Part shown: piece after piece, positions 21,201 through 30,360 of the stretch
Numbering within the stretch: the stretch's first letter is position 1
Layout: every line of letters begins with the position of its first letter
IMG/VR virus record: IMGVR_UViG_3300011008_002712
DNA: 64,000 bases
DNA from: a virus
Lineage: Duplodnaviria; Caudoviricetes
Strand: one strand, 5' to 3'
The notes under the pieces: model-generated
What the model saw: only the letters and a program-made list of their open reading frames with translations
Told to the model about the DNA's origin: nothing
Database searches by the model: none
Position numbers and translations under genes: made by a program

Positions 21201-21634
21201 CCAGCTGCATCACGACTTTCTGGTTCTGTCATGATCTGCCAATATTTAACCCAAGGATATGTGTTTATAATGTCAGCAGCAAAAACAGCATAAGAATTTA
21301 TATTTTGAGAAGTTACAACTGTTGGAAATTCTATCTCTAAAACTAAATTCAAGCTGTATTGATTAATTAATTTTCTATAACTTTCTATACGTTGTTGAAA
21401 AGGCCAAAGATCTCCATTAACACCAGAATTGCCTACATATAATTGATTACTAGAATTTTTATTAATTTGAATAGTGTCAATGACATCAGTGAATTTCAAC
21501 TTATTAATATGAAGAAATAAATCTTCTAGTTTTTGTTGGATCGCTTCTTCTCCAGATAAGTCCTTATATATCCAAACTTCTCCGAGCAAAGCGTCTCCGT
21601 TTTTTAAGCAGGTCAACCTGACGCCTGAGCGCAT
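18281..21634 (-). CDS. Baseplate wedge-like protein with N-terminal GH-A (TIM-barrel) glycosidase-like domain and C-terminal acidic repeats
   Basis: Follows gpJ; wedge motifs IYNNFG...YR...KGAT..SI and VRPAHT; N-terminal VKYWQIMTEP, IKIGGPG, IDFFAFQG. Confidence 0.62.
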   Translation of the reverse strand: MRSGVRLTCLKNGDALLGEVWIYKDLSGEEAIQQKLEDLFLHINKLKFTDVIDTIQINKNSSNQLYVGNSGVNGDLWPFQQRIESYRKLINQYSLNLVLEIEFPTVVTSQNINSYAVFAADIINTYPWVKYWQIMTEPESRDAAGMQKCPPDLYVKLIKYIYEIIHTKYNDIKIGGPGICNAIVEYVNSEYYNQDGDLFHTGWLATATGEYYGIDPSDADIGPSGFLKYIDFFAFQGRQNYSEMNYNIYQGVIEKLKKGLVAQAQRDNYNLDIEFMSTYQGHEAENGNYNDLQLQAYRDLREFINAFKVNVVPFKTQLVDEFYDPNDVSAVKNISGLLYYFLGNNHKPAYDQYVFLLSHLEQYVQLADNTYYLNNKRPFIVSNDVHYIMLMNKDKSMLGTVIFPASERNILVKNPVYVTVTLKPAANRNYYLLDGTKGVISNPIDITFKNYDFVFVEEQVSLDVSVDDSVLKEASDRLQLYSTYAKEMLDMVPDDYVKDVYDGMNFPKLLRSIAIEHGDLEYERKILEDNMYLETAHGDAIYNNFGAMIQVPWRSDWEEEKYRTVVSALIESLLKGATKHSIEKALQTYTTFDVHIYELFKDYKHYGMTQAMHYENQYSFVVEVEKDIESNISTDKLYDDIRMLVDIVRPAHTIPIIMVVLIGKEDYGDWYENKYGIPWKDSDIDNWDLLSFEETNKFGWKSIDYDLVFHNNQHLLNSSHVIGPKYTLHDNDWWNSNIYCQEVYDKAKAEMLIDFNSYYIEKYDRIPEDEHHLDSLVTCVENRYGIRPMANTLITNIGNLWGNDYIHFRRASLKAISLKSSPALAKTEDNDYVTGFEYLLRDDDTGHIHATNSEVFETPEEEYHLDYKIQEHEEIEKPEDSEYSHIFSFFSEFPFKYKWNDDIRTYSIYNDTYLNHFKTALSPRLDEELFLSYDYIENEYYEQPKENVENVKLEVMSEEKYDVKDEEFNLNNYIETSDISFRYVNDNSLKTFFDFSRTLNQSKTSIAERNKESFEQYSYKLLEETVKKPNEEIFQLNHHIGVMSESFDKPEEKISIDYILPTFEENYKLILDGAFTTTNGMTNKMKTAANQRIRESCSIKMSKIKNGKEILIYEEVV

Positions 21635-21647
21635 TCTTTCACCTTCT

Positions 21648-23582
21648 TTAACTTTCTATCTGATTCTCAGAAACTATTTCTATATCGATATTATCTAAAA
21701 CAAAATATTCATTTTTTTCTAATTGAATTTTATCAACAGCTAACTGATTTTTCTTAGACAAAGATATTGAATCTAAATCAACTTGTACTATCCCATATGT
21801 ATCTCTAGCTATAGTAGCGATCATAGATTCTTCTATCATTCCACCAAGTCTTGTCAATTTATTTACAAAAGTAGAAATTTTAGTTGCTATTGTATTTCTC
21901 AATATTGTTGATGTTGAGTTTTCATCACAATAAGCTTTCAATAAAATTTGAATTGGAACAGCATATGCTTCTCTTATTAAAATGTCTGCAGTTAATATCC
22001 TTATTCCATTAATACGTTCTTGTAAATTATAAACCAACTGATTATAATTATAAGTTATATTCAAAACATCTCCATCTTGAAGAATGTTATTTTTTAACCA
22101 ATGAATTTTATCTGTTGCATAAATTGAATTACCTAAATCTTCATTTACTTGAGATTCATATCTCTGACCAAGATACGAATTTTTTACCAAAATATAATCT
22201 GGTTCATTATAATATCTTAGATAAATTCTATTGTTTCGTTTTACAAATGTTCTCCCATTCAATCTTTTATCAACAGCTATAATTTTATAAGGAATCCCAT
22301 TATAATATACTTTTTGAAACATTGGAGGAATATCATAAGTAGAAATATCTTCATATGTAACTAATGCCCAGTTAATTGAATAGTTGATGTTATATAAATA
22401 ATTAATTGCTTCTTGTAATTCTTCATCTATTCTTCTTTTAAGAAGTTCTATTTCTGTGGCATCGCTAATATCTAATGCATACAAACTAGAGTCTGGAAAT
22501 GTATCTGTAATAGAAAAATCCCACAAAATGTCTTTATAATATGTGGTATTTTCTATATTATCGGAAGACACTCCATATTCTACTTCATAATCATCTGCAT
22601 TATCATAAATATATCCAGAAGCTGAGCTCTGTATAGAAATAATATTAGAAACAGGCTGATGTGGCAAAGTAATATCTAAATCATCTTGACTTAGATAAGA
22701 AGTTGACAAATTGATATTCAATGTAGATTCTACATTTTGCTTTCCTCTTATCCATATATCAACCATTCCGCCTCTGCCATAAACATATTCTTGAGCGGCA
22801 TTCAAATATCCTCCATCACGGAACATAATAGAATCCGCTCCGCCAATAACTAATGCATCATCAACATAATCTTGTTGAATTGCGAACTTCAAATAACCAT
22901 TCTTCGTACAAATACTAGCACCAAGAATAGACAACATGATTCTAAATCGTAATGATACATCGTTTTCTTTATCTTCTCCGCCAGTAGTAGCTATTAAATT
23001 ATTGCAACTATCTACTCCTTGGATAATGGACGTCATTACTGTTATTGTTCCAGCAGAAACATTTGAATTTTGCCCGTAGTCAACAGCTTCTATATCAACT
23101 TCAATATATCTATAATTTGTCAAATAGTCTTTTTGTAAAGATAACACATTGCGTTTAGATACATACACAGATTCCGTTGTAACAAATTCCTTGTATGGTA
23201 CTGAAGAAGTTTCCATAGTCGCTATAACAAAATTTGCAGGAATATAAACGCTTTCTGGAAGAGATTCAGAAGATTCATCTACTCTGTTTGTCCCAGAAAT
23301 ATAGAATCTCACTCTTCCAGTCGCTTTAGAAGCTGCTTTTCTTTCTGTGAAATAATTTCTACCTAGTCTGTCCAAATCATCTCCAGATGCAGTAAGAACA
23401 GATTGATTGATTTCCATTATTTTCATATCTGCATAAGTCGACGCCAATTCGTCACTAACTGGAGATATAATAACATCTGACATCCATGTTCCTGGTTTTG
23501 TATCTGCTTCTGGAAGCCTGTCATTTATATTATTTCTTATGCTTTGATATAATTCATCAAATATTTTTTGTCTTATCATCAT
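21648..23582 (-). CDS. Baseplate J-like wedge protein
   Basis: TASGDDLDRLG...RKAASKATGRVRF, IEAVDYGQNSNVSAGTI, GGEDKENDVSLRFR, GMVDIWI. Confidence 0.9.
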   Translation of the reverse strand: MMIRQKIFDELYQSIRNNINDRLPEADTKPGTWMSDVIISPVSDELASTYADMKIMEINQSVLTASGDDLDRLGRNYFTERKAASKATGRVRFYISGTNRVDESSESLPESVYIPANFVIATMETSSVPYKEFVTTESVYVSKRNVLSLQKDYLTNYRYIEVDIEAVDYGQNSNVSAGTITVMTSIIQGVDSCNNLIATTGGEDKENDVSLRFRIMLSILGASICTKNGYLKFAIQQDYVDDALVIGGADSIMFRDGGYLNAAQEYVYGRGGMVDIWIRGKQNVESTLNINLSTSYLSQDDLDITLPHQPVSNIISIQSSASGYIYDNADDYEVEYGVSSDNIENTTYYKDILWDFSITDTFPDSSLYALDISDATEIELLKRRIDEELQEAINYLYNINYSINWALVTYEDISTYDIPPMFQKVYYNGIPYKIIAVDKRLNGRTFVKRNNRIYLRYYNEPDYILVKNSYLGQRYESQVNEDLGNSIYATDKIHWLKNNILQDGDVLNITYNYNQLVYNLQERINGIRILTADILIREAYAVPIQILLKAYCDENSTSTILRNTIATKISTFVNKLTRLGGMIEESMIATIARDTYGIVQVDLDSISLSKKNQLAVDKIQLEKNEYFVLDNIDIEIVSENQIES

Positions 23583-23591
23583 TTCACCTCC

Positions 23592-24077
23592 TTATAAATA
23601 AATTGATTGATCTAATATTTCTTCTGATTGATTTTTTATTGTTACGTGCAAGTTATATCCTCTATCAAATTGATCTGTTTGAACAGATTCTACATCTAAT
23701 AGTATTTCATCATCTGTCATATTTTTATATTCATCATTTTCAATCAATTGCAACAATCTCAAATATTCTAATGACATTCTTACTGCCATTTCACATTTTG
23801 CAGCTGGCATATTGACAATTTTTGTTCCAATAATATTATGAATTGTTGATCCCCAACGTTCAAAATATTGATTGTTGCCTCTAACATCATTAATAATTTT
23901 AAGCATTTCTTGCTGCAATTTTATAGTGCCAGTAGCAAGCACTGGATTTCCAGAAACATCAAATGTAATATCATAATAATATCCAGTGCCTTTGCATTTT
24001 GGACACAAATCATAATCATATTGTTTGTGATTTGCATAATGATCACATTGACAAAAATATTTTATATCTGTAGACAT
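23592..24077 (-). CDS. gp25/gpW-like baseplate protein with N-terminal Cys motif
   Basis: DI.FD..G...KLQQE..K......N....WGS gp25-like pattern; CQC...CPKCKGTG; directly upstream of gpJ; ATG at 24077 behind AGGTG. Confidence 0.72.
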   Translation of the reverse strand: MSTDIKYFCQCDHYANHKQYDYDLCPKCKGTGYYYDITFDVSGNPVLATGTIKLQQEMLKIINDVRGNNQYFERWGSTIHNIIGTKIVNMPAAKCEMAVRMSLEYLRLLQLIENDEYKNMTDDEILLDVESVQTDQFDRGYNLHVTIKNQSEEILDQSIYL

Positions 24078-24090
24078 AATTTCACCTGCA

Positions 24091-25029
24091 TTATTGGTTA
24101 GAATCTTCGCGAGGAGCATTTTTATCAACATGTCCAGCGGATTCAGATATCGTAGAACCAGTCATTGTGATTCCACCGGAATCCATGCCAAATATTGTCT
24201 TTCCTTGAACTACTATATTAACGCCGTCTGGAGAAATCCATATACCAGACATCTTTCCTTCTCCTCCGCCAGTTGCTGAGATTTCTATATGACCATTATC
24301 TGCATCCATACGAATCCACAATGTACAATCATCTTGCGCTGATTCTTCTCTTGAAGCAGAATCTCTATCTTGATCACCAGCAACAGCCCAAGCTTTTAAA
24401 TCTAATTTGTTAGACCATCTATTATGAATATAATTGTTTCCCGCTCCTTTCATACAAAGCTCACCTGGCTTTAAATAAGGAGTACATGCTTTATATTGTG
24501 GATTTATATATCCTAAAATATACGCATTGTGTTTTCTTCCAAACCCAATAATAACTTCAGAATTAAGTGGCGGAAGATAATTATATCCACACCAAGAATC
24601 TTGTCCAACCCAAATAAACGGATACGTCAAAGGAATTTTTTCTTCATTTGATGTATTTTTTACTTCATCTAAAGTGCGATCTTCTGGATTATAAGAGATG
24701 TCAGTATAATCTGTCATATCTTGTTGTGTTGGTGAAACGAAACCTGATAAATTTAGCGTTAGAAGTACTTTGCCAGTTGATTCGTTAACAGCACTTTTAA
24801 CTTCTAAATTATTTGTTGAAACCGGATTTAAATTATTTAAATTCGGATTCCATATTTTTGCTGTTCTTATGAACATAATTGTATTTTTATCAAGAGCATT
24901 GTCTTCTGTTTGACCATACTCATAATATTTATCTGTTGGATTAAGAGGTGGTTTTTGATTATCTAAAACCTCCCTTAACATCGCTTCATCTTCTTCTGTG
25001 AAGATATTATCATCATCCATATTTAACAT
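24091..25029 (-). CDS. Baseplate central spike (gpV/gp5 OB-fold-like)
   Basis: GYNYLPPLNSEVIIGF...YILGY...LKPGE motif and beta-rich C-terminus; position upstream of gp25. Confidence 0.7.
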   Translation of the reverse strand: MLNMDDDNIFTEEDEAMLREVLDNQKPPLNPTDKYYEYGQTEDNALDKNTIMFIRTAKIWNPNLNNLNPVSTNNLEVKSAVNESTGKVLLTLNLSGFVSPTQQDMTDYTDISYNPEDRTLDEVKNTSNEEKIPLTYPFIWVGQDSWCGYNYLPPLNSEVIIGFGRKHNAYILGYINPQYKACTPYLKPGELCMKGAGNNYIHNRWSNKLDLKAWAVAGDQDRDSASREESAQDDCTLWIRMDADNGHIEISATGGGEGKMSGIWISPDGVNIVVQGKTIFGMDSGGITMTGSTISESAGHVDKNAPREDSNQ

Positions 25030-25055
25030 CCTTTCATTTCTTATCTAAATAAAAA

Positions 25056-25078
25056 ATACCTCGAAACTTTCGAGGTAT
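25056..25078 (-). terminator. Intrinsic terminator
   Basis: atacctcgaaa-c-tttcgaggtat inverted repeat followed by tttttt on the minus strand. Confidence 0.7.
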
Positions 25079-25129
25079 AATGAATTTTTGTTTACATTTT
25101 TATAGATTTTTCAATCGGTAAACAATTAC

Positions 25130-25609
25130 TCATTTTGGCGTTGCTTTAGCTGCAACACTCCCAGCTTGCTTTTTTTGTTCCTCTTCTTGTTGTGCTTTTT
25201 TATCTCGTTCTTTTTCAATTTCTGCTTGCTTATTTGCTTTTTCTTCAGCTGCTTTTTCTTTTTGTTCCGTTTCAGAATTATTATCGCCAATACCAGATTT
25301 TGATTTACTTGCTTTTTTCGCCTCTTTCATAACAGCTGAAATATTTTTTATAATTTCAACAGCACCCATTGCACCAACAAGTTTAGGTAAAATATTACCT
25401 GGCATTGCTTTGGCTAATATTGCTGATGCTACTCCAGCTTGAGCTAATTTGCCAGCCAACGAACCAAGATTTAATTGTTGTGTTACATTTGTTTTTGTTT
25501 TAAGGTCTTCTGCTTTTGATTTCATTTCATTCATTTTATTTTTTGCATCATTTGTTGCATTTTTAGCAGATTCTTTTTTGCTTGCTATTGCACTAGCTGG
25601 ATTAGCCAT
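25130..25609 (-). CDS. Hypothetical Ala/Lys-rich protein with a hydrophobic middle segment
   Basis: AAGGTG RBS; LAGKLAQAGVASAILAKAM hydrophobic helix. Confidence 0.6.
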   Translation of the reverse strand: MANPASAIASKKESAKNATNDAKNKMNEMKSKAEDLKTKTNVTQQLNLGSLAGKLAQAGVASAILAKAMPGNILPKLVGAMGAVEIIKNISAVMKEAKKASKSKSGIGDNNSETEQKEKAAEEKANKQAEIEKERDKKAQQEEEQKKQAGSVAAKATPK

Positions 25610-25653
25610 GTAATATCACCTTCAATAATTAATTTTGAACATCAGTTTTTTAT

Positions 25654-26526
25654 TTAGAAAAAATTCTTAGTTTTTTCTTTTTTAGAATCCGTCAACAAGG
25701 ATGTGTTTGTTCTGAATTCAGACGTTGTTTGAGATGTAGATTCTGGATTTTTATTATAACTTCCAGGTTTACTTTTTACTTTTATAGTATATTTATTTTC
25801 AGTTTTTTCAATTATAGTAATATCAGCGCCGTTATTCTTTTTCTTTTTTGCTATTTCATTTGTTTCTGCAAGTTTTTCAGCATTCATTTTCGCTTCTTCT
25901 TCTGACCGTCCGTCTTGAATTGCTTTGTTATATCCATCATCATATGCTTCTTTTTTAGTCTTTTCTAAAAGTATCTTTTTCCCCTCAGATTCACTTTGAG
26001 AAGGAATAATATCTCTTTGATTATCATTTATTGCTGGATTATTAAAATCATTTTGGCTATTTGTTTCTTGTTTTCTTTCTGAAACAATTTCGCTTCCATC
26101 TGCATTCTTTTGAGTTATTATTTGACTTCCATCTTGTTTTGTTTCAATTACAGTTTCTACACCATCTGGATCTTTAGATTTATCTAATGTATGATCTTCT
26201 GTTGCAGTTGTTGTTTGTTCAGTACTTTTACCAGATACCGTTTTATTGCCTAAGATTAATCCATTTGGAATTTCTATTGTTTGACCAACATGTTCATTTA
26301 AAGTTTGATTAATTTGATTTTCAGAAAAAGCTAATGAACTACCAAAAAAGCCGGGATTTAATGAAATCAATGCATGAGCAAATTCTATTAATTGTTCTTG
26401 AACAGGATCTGTTTCAGTCTGATTTCTAAATGCACTACTAGAAAAATAATCTTTTGTATCTATGTCAGATTTTACTTTTATAACAAAAGCATCACCATTG
26501 CTCATAGTCTTTTTTTCATCAGCCAT
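25654..26526 (-). CDS. Hypothetical protein, possibly the detached C-terminal part of the hub (half-LysM-like segment)
   Basis: GAGGAG RBS; ALISLNP...VGQTIEIP resembles the second half of a LysM domain. Confidence 0.55.
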   Translation of the reverse strand: MADEKKTMSNGDAFVIKVKSDIDTKDYFSSSAFRNQTETDPVQEQLIEFAHALISLNPGFFGSSLAFSENQINQTLNEHVGQTIEIPNGLILGNKTVSGKSTEQTTTATEDHTLDKSKDPDGVETVIETKQDGSQIITQKNADGSEIVSERKQETNSQNDFNNPAINDNQRDIIPSQSESEGKKILLEKTKKEAYDDGYNKAIQDGRSEEEAKMNAEKLAETNEIAKKKKNNGADITIIEKTENKYTIKVKSKPGSYNKNPESTSQTTSEFRTNTSLLTDSKKEKTKNFF

Positions 26527-26543
26527 TATTTCTCCTCTTTTCT

Positions 26544-29500
26544 TTATTTATTTGCATCTCTATGAATACCTTGAGCTACTCTTTTAACAAATTCTGCATA
26601 TGATTCTGTTCCGCTATTACTGCTAACATACGGCTCTTGTTCTGTATATTGACTTTTAGCATCCTCTTTTAATCCAACATATACAAATTTTGTTTTATCA
26701 AAATCATACACATATATCGTATAATCAGATACTTTTGAAGCACTTCCTGTTCCGCCTTGAGATACCTTATAATATTCACCATGACTTTCATATGTACGCC
26801 GTTTCCAGCCATTTTGGAATGGTTTAAAATCAAGTTTTGTTGCGTCTTTTCCTTCATCACTCAATCTAAAAGTAGAATATTGATCAGCTCTTAAATCTTC
26901 TTCATTTTGTCCATCTTTACCTTCAATTTTCTTTAATTGAGGTTGAGCGATTTCGAGCCCATAAATGTCTTTAGCGATAGAAGTCAATGTATCTCCAGCT
27001 TTAATAACATAAGTTTGAGTATTTCCAACATATTTATCTCTTATAGCCATAATTTCACTTAAATCTGGGCAATACCCAGTATTCGTATCATAATATGTTT
27101 TATATAACAACATCATTTGATCAATAACAGACGGTTTGCCAAGCATTCTTCCATGAGTCAATGTCAATGTCATGGTTGATTCTTTTGCGCCCATTTGGAT
27201 GTCTCTTCTAATTGCAGAGACATAGTATATGCTTTGTGCATCTGTTTGCTGTGCCAGCCAACTTGCACCAACACCTTTATAGCCACTACCAGCAACTTTG
27301 CCAACAGTAATATTTACGTCATCGCCATCTTCTGTTAAAATTTTATTTAACTGATTTCCGCCACCGCCCAAATTCATTGAAGTTTGTGTATTTCCGCCGC
27401 TAATATTTTGTAATGAATTAGATATTTCATTTGAAAATGTATTCATTACACTTGAAGAAATTGCATTAGATGCGTCTTGTAATGTAATCTGTTTTTTAGA
27501 ATTAGACATATCACTTAGTGCTGATGACACATAACTTCCTTGTTCTTGAGATCCTAGCGGTTTATGAGGATGTTCATCATAAGCAAAAAATCTAATTGGA
27601 TTGCCAATCTTAATTGAAGAATCTTCTATCATATTTAACGTAGCAGAATATCTTTCAGCAACAGATTTTGCACATAACATATATGCCAATAAATGAGCAT
27701 TATTTTTATTTCCCATATGAGGGAAATTAAATACTTTTGGATTCGGACGACAACCGAAACGAATCATAGAATTTAAATCTGGAAAAACGCGTCTTATTTG
27801 AGTTTGTGGTCCACTAGAATCAAATGGAGAAAAATCGCCAGTAATATTAACTTCATACATATTAAACAAATTTTCATCACTATCAGTTAATGTAAATCCC
27901 ATAATATATTCTTGAGGAATTTCTGGTATCAATTCATCTGTAAGCTCAGACAACGTATGATCATACCACTTATGTTTTACTGATTCAAATTTGCTTTTTG
28001 ATATACTTCCATCACTAACGAACTCTGACTCATATATTTGTCCACCAGCTGCTTGCCATTGTTTATATCTCAAATCTACTTCAGATTGTAATTTTGCAGC
28101 ATAATCATTTTTGTCTAAATCTTCCGATTTATGAGTTGAAACACTAATGACTTTACCTTTTAATTTACTTAATTCTTGCGGACTGGCATTCATAGAATCA
28201 AATAATTCTCTATTACTATCATAAATTTCTTGCCAGTTGTTCCCGTCGCCAGTGTATGCTTCTGCGACATCATATAATGTCATTCCATCTTTAATTTCTA
28301 CGCCGACTGTACCTCTCATTAATCTATTTGCAACGGAATCTGTAATATCAGAACCAGATGCTAAATATTGCGCTGCATTTATATCGAAATGGCAATATTC
28401 GGCTATTTTATAACCATCTCGAGCGTCTTTATATTCTTTATATTCCTTTGTAAATACTTTTCTTTCTTCTACAGACGGATCTCTAATATATACGCCATCG
28501 TTACCTTTTATTTCACCATTCTTCTCATTTGGTTTGCTATTTTCGTCAGTACCTGGTTTTTTCATATAACCCTTATTTTTAAGTTCTTCGTCTGAACCTT
28601 CTTTTTCTATTGCTTTCTTAGTTATATCTTCTTGTTGTATGGCCCAATATTCATTAGTCATATTATACAAGCCAAGAGATTCTGAGTTTAGTAGTCCTCC
28701 TTTAAGTTGACTATATCCCATATTATTCTTGACTTTAGTATTAGCACCTAACGCATAATTTGGGCACTTCATTACTATATTTCCTTCTTCATCAGCAAAA
28801 AATTCTAACAATAAATCTTGAACAGCTCTTCTACATACACGAAGACGACTTTCTGTAGCAGCTGAAAAAACCTGGTCAGAAGATGATTGTTTTATATTGA
28901 CTGTAAATGGAGGAAACTGAATTGGTTCAATACGTTCAGTTAGATACCATGGTGGAATTCCGGCATCTAAACACATTTGACGTATAATCTTTTCTAATGC
29001 TAATCCACCAAAAATATCTTTTAACGCAAAACTTTTCCAAAGACTTTGCAGAGCCATTTGCTGTTCTTCACTTGAAGCATCGGCACCTTTTTCTCCCATA
29101 ATTGCCATAACTTCATAAGGATTATATATCTCAACAGTGCCAAAATGTTTTGGATCTTGACGCCCCCAACGTAAATCTATTCCTGGAGAACCAGACATTG
29201 TTGTTCCAGCTATCATAGAAGGTTGAGTTGAGACATAACTCAATTCCAATAATTTTAATTGGTCTTTAGCTGAAATAGATATGACACATCCATTTGTTCC
29301 ACCTGAAGCATGCGTCTTTTTAACATCATTAATATAACCAAAAAATATTTGATTCATCTTAAATTCGCCAGACGAATCTCTTTCAAAATTAGATTTACCA
29401 AAAACCCAAACCTCATCCATAGCTTCAAAATCACATTTTTCAGCTATTTTCCATTCACTTTTTGGCGTTTCAATATCATCTGGTTTAATTTTATAACTAT

Positions 29501-30344
29501 ATGGCCGTTCTAATTCTAACGCATCTTGTCTATTTTCTCCAACGATTTTGACATTAGTATAAGATTCTTGATAATAATCTTTTATGTCTGTTCTTTCTAC
29601 TTGCGTTGCGCCGCCAATGGTTGTTATGGTCCTATCACCAACCATATTGCCATTTTTGTCTTTCCATCCTTCTATTTCTCTTTTTTTCTTTTGATTAGCA
29701 TTTTGTTGTGCATTAATATTTGCAGTTGCATTTTTTATGGAAGAAGATTCATAGTCCATGGTATAAGAACTATGAATTCCACCATGTTCCATATCGGCAA
29801 TCAAATCATCAATAGATGGATTTGCTTTATCATTTGTCAAGCTGTGTTCATAACACATTACTCGTTCATTGCCTTTCATTGTTACAGAACACGTTCCAGA
29901 AGAAAGTATAGAATGGCTAATAGAAAGATTTGTAAAATTATCTATCTTATACGTACGCATATAATTGCCTTTTGACGTTATACTTGTATCGTCTTGTGAT
30001 TTTAATGTTCCATCTGTGTTATTTTCTTCAGCTTTTCCAATTTGTTGATTAGAAGCATTAGCAGCATAAAATAATTTTTTTCTTATTAAAACCACATAGT
30101 CTTGTCTAAAATTTACAATTTTTCTTGATCCAGCTCTTGGTTGATACTGTTCTTGCGTACCAACTAAATGTTGAGTATTATCATACATTTTATAAGCTTG
30201 ACCTTTTAGTATATCATCATTCGCAGAATAAACAACGGTACCAGCAGAAGCATCATACCCAATTGATCCTCCATTAGAAGATGATTCAGACGAATTTTCT
30301 TTTGTTCTATTTAAAGCTTCATTTTGTTCTTTGGTATCAGCCAT
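26544..30344 (-). CDS. Baseplate hub protein (gp27/gpD-like) with LysM-like inserts
   Basis: FEAMDEVWVF...QIFFGYINDV, ISAKDQLKLL, EFFADEEGNIV, IRFGCRP, SSIKIGNPI, IYYVSAI...TMTLTLTHGR; LysM-like VEIKDGMTLYDVAEAY and TYVIKAGDTLTSIA. Confidence 0.75.
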   Translation of the reverse strand: MADTKEQNEALNRTKENSSESSSNGGSIGYDASAGTVVYSANDDILKGQAYKMYDNTQHLVGTQEQYQPRAGSRKIVNFRQDYVVLIRKKLFYAANASNQQIGKAEENNTDGTLKSQDDTSITSKGNYMRTYKIDNFTNLSISHSILSSGTCSVTMKGNERVMCYEHSLTNDKANPSIDDLIADMEHGGIHSSYTMDYESSSIKNATANINAQQNANQKKKREIEGWKDKNGNMVGDRTITTIGGATQVERTDIKDYYQESYTNVKIVGENRQDALELERPYSYKIKPDDIETPKSEWKIAEKCDFEAMDEVWVFGKSNFERDSSGEFKMNQIFFGYINDVKKTHASGGTNGCVISISAKDQLKLLELSYVSTQPSMIAGTTMSGSPGIDLRWGRQDPKHFGTVEIYNPYEVMAIMGEKGADASSEEQQMALQSLWKSFALKDIFGGLALEKIIRQMCLDAGIPPWYLTERIEPIQFPPFTVNIKQSSSDQVFSAATESRLRVCRRAVQDLLLEFFADEEGNIVMKCPNYALGANTKVKNNMGYSQLKGGLLNSESLGLYNMTNEYWAIQQEDITKKAIEKEGSDEELKNKGYMKKPGTDENSKPNEKNGEIKGNDGVYIRDPSVEERKVFTKEYKEYKDARDGYKIAEYCHFDINAAQYLASGSDITDSVANRLMRGTVGVEIKDGMTLYDVAEAYTGDGNNWQEIYDSNRELFDSMNASPQELSKLKGKVISVSTHKSEDLDKNDYAAKLQSEVDLRYKQWQAAGGQIYESEFVSDGSISKSKFESVKHKWYDHTLSELTDELIPEIPQEYIMGFTLTDSDENLFNMYEVNITGDFSPFDSSGPQTQIRRVFPDLNSMIRFGCRPNPKVFNFPHMGNKNNAHLLAYMLCAKSVAERYSATLNMIEDSSIKIGNPIRFFAYDEHPHKPLGSQEQGSYVSSALSDMSNSKKQITLQDASNAISSSVMNTFSNEISNSLQNISGGNTQTSMNLGGGGNQLNKILTEDGDDVNITVGKVAGSGYKGVGASWLAQQTDAQSIYYVSAIRRDIQMGAKESTMTLTLTHGRMLGKPSVIDQMMLLYKTYYDTNTGYCPDLSEIMAIRDKYVGNTQTYVIKAGDTLTSIAKDIYGLEIAQPQLKKIEGKDGQNEEDLRADQYSTFRLSDEGKDATKLDFKPFQNGWKRRTYESHGEYYKVSQGGTGSASKVSDYTIYVYDFDKTKFVYVGLKEDAKSQYTEQEPYVSSNSGTESYAEFVKRVAQGIHRDANK

Positions 30345-30360
30345 TTATTTCACTACCTTT

